Source: a virus (taxonomy: Duplodnaviria; Caudoviricetes). From it: a DNA stretch of 64,000 nt. Positions 59,045 to 64,000 of this stretch are shown piece by piece. Both the position numbers and the translations under genes were made by a program. The DNA is taken from IMG/VR virus record IMGVR_UViG_3300028591_000104, positions 1-64,000 of that record. One strand, written 5' to 3'. Under the pieces are notes generated by a model. That model was not told the origin of the DNA and ran no database searches. It saw nothing but the letters and a program-made list of their open reading frames with translations. Every line of letters starts with the position of its first letter. Within the stretch, counting starts at the first letter, position 1.

Positions 59045-59434
59045 TGAATTAATTGAATGTTTAAAGATACTCAAAAAAGGTGTTAAGGCTACTGGTATAA
59101 ATACTACGATTATAGAGGGTGTTAATGCTGGTAGCGTTGTTTGGGTTCTAGATGAAGCAATAGAAGAAGTAAAAAGACATACTCTTGGCTGCCATATTTG
59201 TGTTAATCAAAACTCTAAAAGCAAAGAAGTATGCGGAGAGTGCGAATTTTTAAAGGGGACAAAGAATGAATAACTTAGATTTATATTTCCCACATACTCA
59301 ATATTATGCAGAGGATTGCATTATAATCCCTATAAGTCAAATAACAAACTTTGACGTTACAATAACTTCTATGAGCGCCGATGAAATTCCTAACGCAGAA
59401 ATGACATTAACTGTTGTTGGGAGAAGGAGGAATA

Positions 59435-59755
59435 ATGACACTTGATGAAGCTATAAAGCATTGCGAGGAAAAGGCTAACGAAATACGATGGCAAGCTTTA
59501 AAAGAAAGAATGGATATTGAAGGAATCGCAGAGTGTGAAACTTGTGCAGAAGAACATGAGCAGTTAGCAGAGTGGTTGAAGGAACTAAAAGGCTTGCGAC
59601 TTCTTGTGAATTGGGCAGTTGATTGTAATTTTGGATATGATAATATACCTGATTTGTATGAAAGATACGCAGACGAAATAAAAGATATGAGCTATACCGA
59701 AGGACTTGTTTATATCGCTACAAAGCAAGCTAATCAAAATGAGCCATTAAAGTAA
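59435..59755 (+). CDS. hypothetical prophage-type protein
   Basis: MTLDEAIKHCEE..CAEEHEQLAEWLKEL; AAGGAGG RBS. Confidence 0.7.
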   Translation: MTLDEAIKHCEEKANEIRWQALKERMDIEGIAECETCAEEHEQLAEWLKELKGLRLLVNWAVDCNFGYDNIPDLYERYADEIKDMSYTEGLVYIATKQANQNEPLK

Positions 59756-59768
59756 AGGAGACAGAAGA

Positions 59769-59972
59769 ATGATTATTCCAAGACATAAAATATGTGATAT
59801 TTGTGGTAAAAAAGTAGGAATTAATAATAGATATTTCATTATTAAAAGTAAAAACATCCTTAATGATTATGCAGGAAGTTTCCACGACAATAAAAATTAT
59901 GATATATGTATAGATTGTATGCAGGAATTCGCAACTTATCTTCATACCAAATTAAAAGGAGATAAAGAATGA
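59769..59972 (+). CDS. small Zn-finger protein
   Basis: CDICG..DICIDC. Confidence 0.65.
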   Translation: MIIPRHKICDICGKKVGINNRYFIIKSKNILNDYAGSFHDNKNYDICIDCMQEFATYLHTKLKGDKE

Positions 59973-60119
59973 CGGTTGAAATAACATTGACTGATATAAT
60001 TTGCCGCTATATTGCAGGTATTAGTGTTATTCTTTGTATTATTCTATATTTCTATGATAAGCACAAAATGACTAAATGGCTAAAGGAAAATTTAAAAGAT
60101 AGGAATAGTAAGGAGGTAA

Positions 60120-60497
60120 ATGATGCTGACACTTGAAGAAGATATTTTGTATTGTAAGGAAAAAGCGAAAATATGTAGAGAATTAGCAATACTTTATAAA
60201 GATGAGGCATTGCTACGAACAACATACTATAAAAACGAAGGAGAATATCTCCAGTTTGAGTCATACTTGAAAGAATTAAAGCGTTTGAGAGAATCTGAAA
60301 GACCAAAGGGTGAGTGGGTAGTAAAAGGTCAAGATATATATTGTTCTGTATGCAATCAAGAAAGTGCTTACAATGAATTTGGTGCAAGCAAATTTTCTAA
60401 TTTTTGTCCTAGCTGTGGTGCAGATATGAGAAAGCCACAAACACAGAAATTTGCTGATACTGATACTGCTTATGGCGGTTTGGCTTCTGCAACATAA
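60120..60497 (+). CDS. Zn-ribbon prophage-type protein
   Basis: RPKGEW..CSVC..FCPSCGADMR. Confidence 0.7.
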   Translation: MMLTLEEDILYCKEKAKICRELAILYKDEALLRTTYYKNEGEYLQFESYLKELKRLRESERPKGEWVVKGQDIYCSVCNQESAYNEFGASKFSNFCPSCGADMRKPQTQKFADTDTAYGGLASAT

Positions 60498-60512
60498 GAA
60501 AGGCGGTGCGGA

Positions 60513-60713
60513 ATGAAAAAATCGGTAGAGGAAATCAATGAAAGATTGATAGGTGAATATATCAGTAAGGTTAGATGTTGTGATGAGTGTTTTGCTTCTG
60601 TATATTGCACAGTAAATGGACTAAGAAAAAGCCGTGTGCCACAGGGATATTGTGTAAAAAATATAAAAAGATATTTTAGTGATAATGCAAGACAACAGAA
60701 AGGCGGTGAATAA
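60513..60713 (+). CDS. small Cys-rich protein
   Basis: RBS, operon position. Confidence 0.55.
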   Translation: MKKSVEEINERLIGEYISKVRCCDECFASVYCTVNGLRKSRVPQGYCVKNIKRYFSDNARQQKGGE

Positions 60714-60715
60714 GA

Positions 60716-60907
60716 ATGAGTGATGAATTAAAATCTTGTCCGTTTTGTGGTAGTAGTGCAACAGTATGGTATCGTATGGGCCACATAGCGACTGTTGTAT
60801 GTAACAACGAATATTGCGGTTGTATCTATGGAGATAATATGTCTCTAACAGATAAAGAAGCTGTTAAATTGTGGAATAGGCGGTCTTACAATGAAGGGGG
60901 TGAATGA
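60716..60907 (+). CDS. Lar-like restriction alleviation protein
   Basis: ELKSCPFCG..AVKLWNRR. Confidence 0.7.
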   Translation: MSDELKSCPFCGSSATVWYRMGHIATVVCNNEYCGCIYGDNMSLTDKEAVKLWNRRSYNEGGE

Positions 60908-61302
60908 GAATGACAAATAAAGAAATTATTAAATATTTAATTGCACCAGTTGCAACAAGTACAGAGCCAAGTGCTGAATACTTGAAACAGAAAGAAGCCT
61001 ATGACCTTGCTATCAAGGCTCTTGAAGAACAAAGACCAAAAGGCATGTGGATACACAGACGAGTTATTGCAAAAAATAGGTCATTTGATATGGTAGTATG
61101 CTCTAACTGCTGGGAAGAGTTTAGCTGGGATGCTGAAACAGGAGTATCTATGGACAATTATGAGACTTGTCCAAATTGTGCCGCAGATATGAGAGAAAAT
61201 AATAATGTATCCTCAAAATACAATTCTAGTATCAACACTAGTATGGAAGATATTATGTCAAATCCTGAACTCTACAAGCATTGGATAGAAATTTCTAGAT
61301 AA
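60904..61302 (+). CDS. Zn-ribbon prophage-type protein
   Basis: RPKGMW..CSNC..CPNCAADMR. Confidence 0.7.
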   Translation: MRMTNKEIIKYLIAPVATSTEPSAEYLKQKEAYDLAIKALEEQRPKGMWIHRRVIAKNRSFDMVVCSNCWEEFSWDAETGVSMDNYETCPNCAADMRENNNVSSKYNSSINTSMEDIMSNPELYKHWIEISR

Positions 61303-61315
61303 AAAGGAGAAAAAA

Positions 61316-61513
61316 ATGGAAAATTATAATTTTGCGCAACAGGGTTGGCAATGCCCCTTATGTAAGAGAGTGTATTCCCCATCTACTCCATGTTGTTTTT
61401 ATTGCGGAGCGGAGGGCATGGCTAAGAGTGTAACAACTACAACTTTGGATATTGGCATTTATCCATTAGAAGAAGAAGATAATACCTCGAGTATGAAAGG
61501 AGAAGAGGAATGA
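61316..61513 (+). CDS. small Zn-finger protein
   Basis: QGWQCPLCKRVYSP..CFYC. Confidence 0.65.
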   Translation: MENYNFAQQGWQCPLCKRVYSPSTPCCFYCGAEGMAKSVTTTTLDIGIYPLEEEDNTSSMKGEEE

Positions 61514-61725
61514 TACCTATTGAATTTTATTGGTGCGAAGAAACACCTACATTAGATGATGTAAAGTTTGCCTATGAACGAGTAAGGCAAGGTGTGGTTG
61601 TAATGATTAAATGGTGGGTAAGGTATAGTGGCCACTATGAAAAAATAGTTACACCTGAAACTATAAAAGATATGGATGAAATTACTTATTTCAATGAAAT
61701 AATTCCACATTGTTATGGTGTATAA
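61510..61725 (+). CDS. hypothetical protein
   Basis: ATGA coupling. Confidence 0.6.
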   Translation: MIPIEFYWCEETPTLDDVKFAYERVRQGVVVMIKWWVRYSGHYEKIVTPETIKDMDEITYFNEIIPHCYGV

Positions 61726-61907
61726 AAGGTAAGCAAACAATTACCTTGTCCATATTGTAAAGACAGGAGTGATGAAAATAGTGCTGAATGATGGAACAGA
61801 GATTCCTGTTAGTATTTATATTGATTATATAACAAGATAGCCAATCGCACAAGAAGATTGGGATTTGATACTTAAGGAATGGGAAAAGGAAATAAAGGAG
61901 ACAAATA

Positions 61908-62447
61908 ATGAGAACGATTGATGCAGATGAATTTAAGCATACAATCTCAAGTGGTATGTGTACGGATAGTATTACATTTTCTATTCTATTGGGAATGATG
62001 AATGGTAACACTAATCTTGATGAAACTACTAATAAAATAGTTCGTGAACATATTAAAGAGGTAAATAGGCTTATTGACAATGCCCCAACAGTTGAATCAA
62101 AAAGACTACGAGGCAAGTGGATAGAAAGAGAAGATATGGACTATCTTGATGAAAATAAAGTAATTCATAAACACTTTGAATGTAACAAATGCGGACTTAT
62201 TCATGATTTTATTGATGGACATACATCACAATATAACTTTTGCCCTAATTGTGGTGCAGATATAAGAGGTGAAGAAAGAATGAAAGAAATATTAGATGTA
62301 ATTCATAAGACAATATATCAATTCTTTGATGTATGTGGAGACGATGAAGAAGTACCTATGTCCGACAAGGACAAACTTCTGTTAGAGGTTAATAAGGCAA
62401 TTTGCAATAATCTAAAGGCATTACAGCAAGATGAAGGAGAAAGGTAG
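61908..62447 (+). CDS. Zn-ribbon prophage-type protein
   Basis: MRTIDAD..NAPTV..GKW..FCPNCGA. Confidence 0.7.
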   Translation: MRTIDADEFKHTISSGMCTDSITFSILLGMMNGNTNLDETTNKIVREHIKEVNRLIDNAPTVESKRLRGKWIEREDMDYLDENKVIHKHFECNKCGLIHDFIDGHTSQYNFCPNCGADIRGEERMKEILDVIHKTIYQFFDVCGDDEEVPMSDKDKLLLEVNKAICNNLKALQQDEGER

Positions 62448-62448
62448 A

Positions 62449-62757
62449 ATGAGACCAATTGATGCTGACGCTTTACAAAAGGTAATAGAAGAAGTTTATT
62501 TTAGTGATAAATGGCTCGATTTTAGAGTCAACTATGGATCAAATGGTGTAAGAGATGTAATATTAGATCTCGTAACCAATGCTCCTCCCATACCTAAAGA
62601 AAAACCAAGCAAAAATAAAATACGACACGGAAAGACGTTATACAAAGTACAGATTAAAGATAAAACTTACTGTTGTGGAGATAAACTATTACGTATAGTA
62701 TCTGCTATTCTTCATGTAATAGAATTAGGATTTATTATTTATCTGTTTATGAGGTGA
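62449..62757 (+). CDS. prophage-type protein with C-terminal TM segment
   Basis: MRPIDADAL..NAP. Confidence 0.6.
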   Translation: MRPIDADALQKVIEEVYFSDKWLDFRVNYGSNGVRDVILDLVTNAPPIPKEKPSKNKIRHGKTLYKVQIKDKTYCCGDKLLRIVSAILHVIELGFIIYLFMR

Positions 62758-62945
62758 GAGAATGAGCAGACAAGATGATTTATGGACAAAAGACCCGATG
62801 CCAATATGGAAGAAAATACTAATTGTTACTTTTATTCTCTTCATCGCTTGGGTCATTGGAGTAAAGATAGAATACGCAGATAAGCCTATGAGCGAAGTGC
62901 CATACTGGGTTATTTGGTTTACATAAGAATAAAAGGAGATAAAAA

Positions 62946-63170
62946 ATGCACAATAAAAATAAGAAATATTACGCTTTTAGCAGACCAAACCAGATGATAG
63001 GACATAGATTTACAGATGATGTTGCTCTGTGCAAAGCTACATCGTTTAGACAGGCAAAGAAAATATTCAGCAAGTATTATGCTGATATTAAAGACAATGA
63101 AATCATGCTAATTAGTGGGATGCTCAATAACGGTGTGTATGGTGATGTTATAATTCTCACTGATTATTAA
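62946..63170 (+). CDS. hypothetical protein
   Basis: AAGGAG RBS. Confidence 0.65.
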   Translation: MHNKNKKYYAFSRPNQMIGHRFTDDVALCKATSFRQAKKIFSKYYADIKDNEIMLISGMLNNGVYGDVIILTDY

Positions 63171-63186
63171 AAAAGAAGGTGATATA

Positions 63187-63378
63187 ATGGCAAATATAAG
63201 ATGTATGTTAGGATTTCATAAATATACAGAATTTTATAAACGGTATCGAGTGATCGGCCCCGATCAATGGTATAGTCACGTTAAAACTTGTAAGATTTGT
63301 GGCAAGTCAGAATCTGAATTTGTTAAAATACCCACAATATTAGCAAGAGAATTTGAAAGAGATAATAATGTGATTTAA
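63187..63378 (+). CDS. small Zn-binding protein (C-x-x-G-x-HKY family)
   Basis: Similar to 63576-63776. Confidence 0.6.
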   Translation: MANIRCMLGFHKYTEFYKRYRVIGPDQWYSHVKTCKICGKSESEFVKIPTILAREFERDNNVI

Positions 63379-63575
63379 AGAGGGACAAAATAATAGTGAT
63401 AACAACTATAATAGAAGAAATGTTTAAAGGAAATTTTTCTTTTCTTATATTAGTTGTAGGTATTTTACAGCTAATAGTTATGAAATAAAAAGTCCTTTAT
63501 AATAGGACTTTTTTGTATTTTATAAAAAATTATGATATAATATAAATATATATAAATAGGAAGGTAAATTTTAAG

Positions 63576-63776
63576 ATGCACAAACTTGTTTGTAAGATAA
63601 GTGGTGGCCATAAATACGAAGATAAAAATTTAAAATGTACTTATGATGTGACTACCAATACTTATATTTTTTATAATTATTGTGTAAAATGCGGAGAAAG
63701 AATTGAATTTAGTGAACCAGCAAAAACCTTCCTCTCTGATTTTGATAAAGCTTTAAGGGAGTTGTTTCAAAAATGA
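63576..63776 (+). CDS. small Zn-binding protein (C-x3-GHKY family)
   Basis: Promoter and RBS. Confidence 0.6.
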   Translation: MHKLVCKISGGHKYEDKNLKCTYDVTTNTYIFYNYCVKCGERIEFSEPAKTFLSDFDKALRELFQK

Positions 63777-63864
63777 TATACGTGTAAAATAAAAGGTCAA
63801 AATCATGAAACCCGTATCATAAAATTTTTATTATATATGTAATAATAAAAAGGAGGATAAATAT

Positions 63865-64000
63865 ATGGGTTATATTTATAAAATTACAAACAATATCAAT
63901 AGAAATATTTAGATAGGACAAACAAATATTTCTGTAGAAGAAAGATTTAAGGCTCATTGCTATTGTTCATTTAATCATAGGCAAACAAAAGGAAAAGATG
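63865..64000 (+). CDS. GIY-YIG endonuclease (5' part, runs off the window); TAG at 63910 in the YIG motif
   Basis: AAGGAGG RBS; MGYIYKITNNINRNI*IGQT...ERFKAH. Confidence 0.85.

Noticed and set aside
36367-64000. TAG-interrupted genes as pseudogenes or sequencing errors
   Set aside because: The interruptions are always TAG, never TAA, TGA or frameshifts; frames and RBSs are intact; and a CUA tRNA is present.

Overview
A 64 kb segment of a large, AT-rich, probably lytic tailed phage with a Firmicutes/Clostridia-type host (AGGAGG RBSs, TG-extended sigmaA promoters, Gram-positive LexA boxes). It has four parts. (i) 1-19 kb: an early/host-takeover-like region of small promoter-driven genes separated by a repeated TGTGCA-motif module and several structured ncRNA candidates. 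(ii) 20-21.5 kb: a minus-strand replication-like operon next to an iteron-like array. (iii) 22-48 kb: metabolic genes (M28 peptidase, vWA, PurA-like, phosphoesterase, DUF2828) mixed with about 31 tRNA genes, tmRNA, a group I intron, homing endonucleases and tRNA-like RNAs. (iv) 48-64 kb: tail-fibre/adhesin genes, a Stealth-like protein, a PNK-like kinase and small Zn-ribbon genes. Main result: from about 20 kb onward many genes contain in-frame TAG codons at positions where conserved motifs require tyrosine (GIY-[TAG]IG, Stealth EL-x-[TAG]-SLRS, PD-(D/E)XK P-[TAG]-GD). The window also encodes a tRNA-Tyr-like amber suppressor (CUA anticodon, 42607-42697). Together these point to TAG=Tyr recoding rather than the familiar phage TAG=Gln, while some early genes still appear to stop at TAG. 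Other highlights: a tRNA-Ile(GAU) split by an endonuclease-encoding insertion with no ribozyme core or BHB motif, and three tandem small RNAs in front of a TROVE/Ro60-like DUF2828 gene. Family assignments come from motif recognition by eye, not from database searches.
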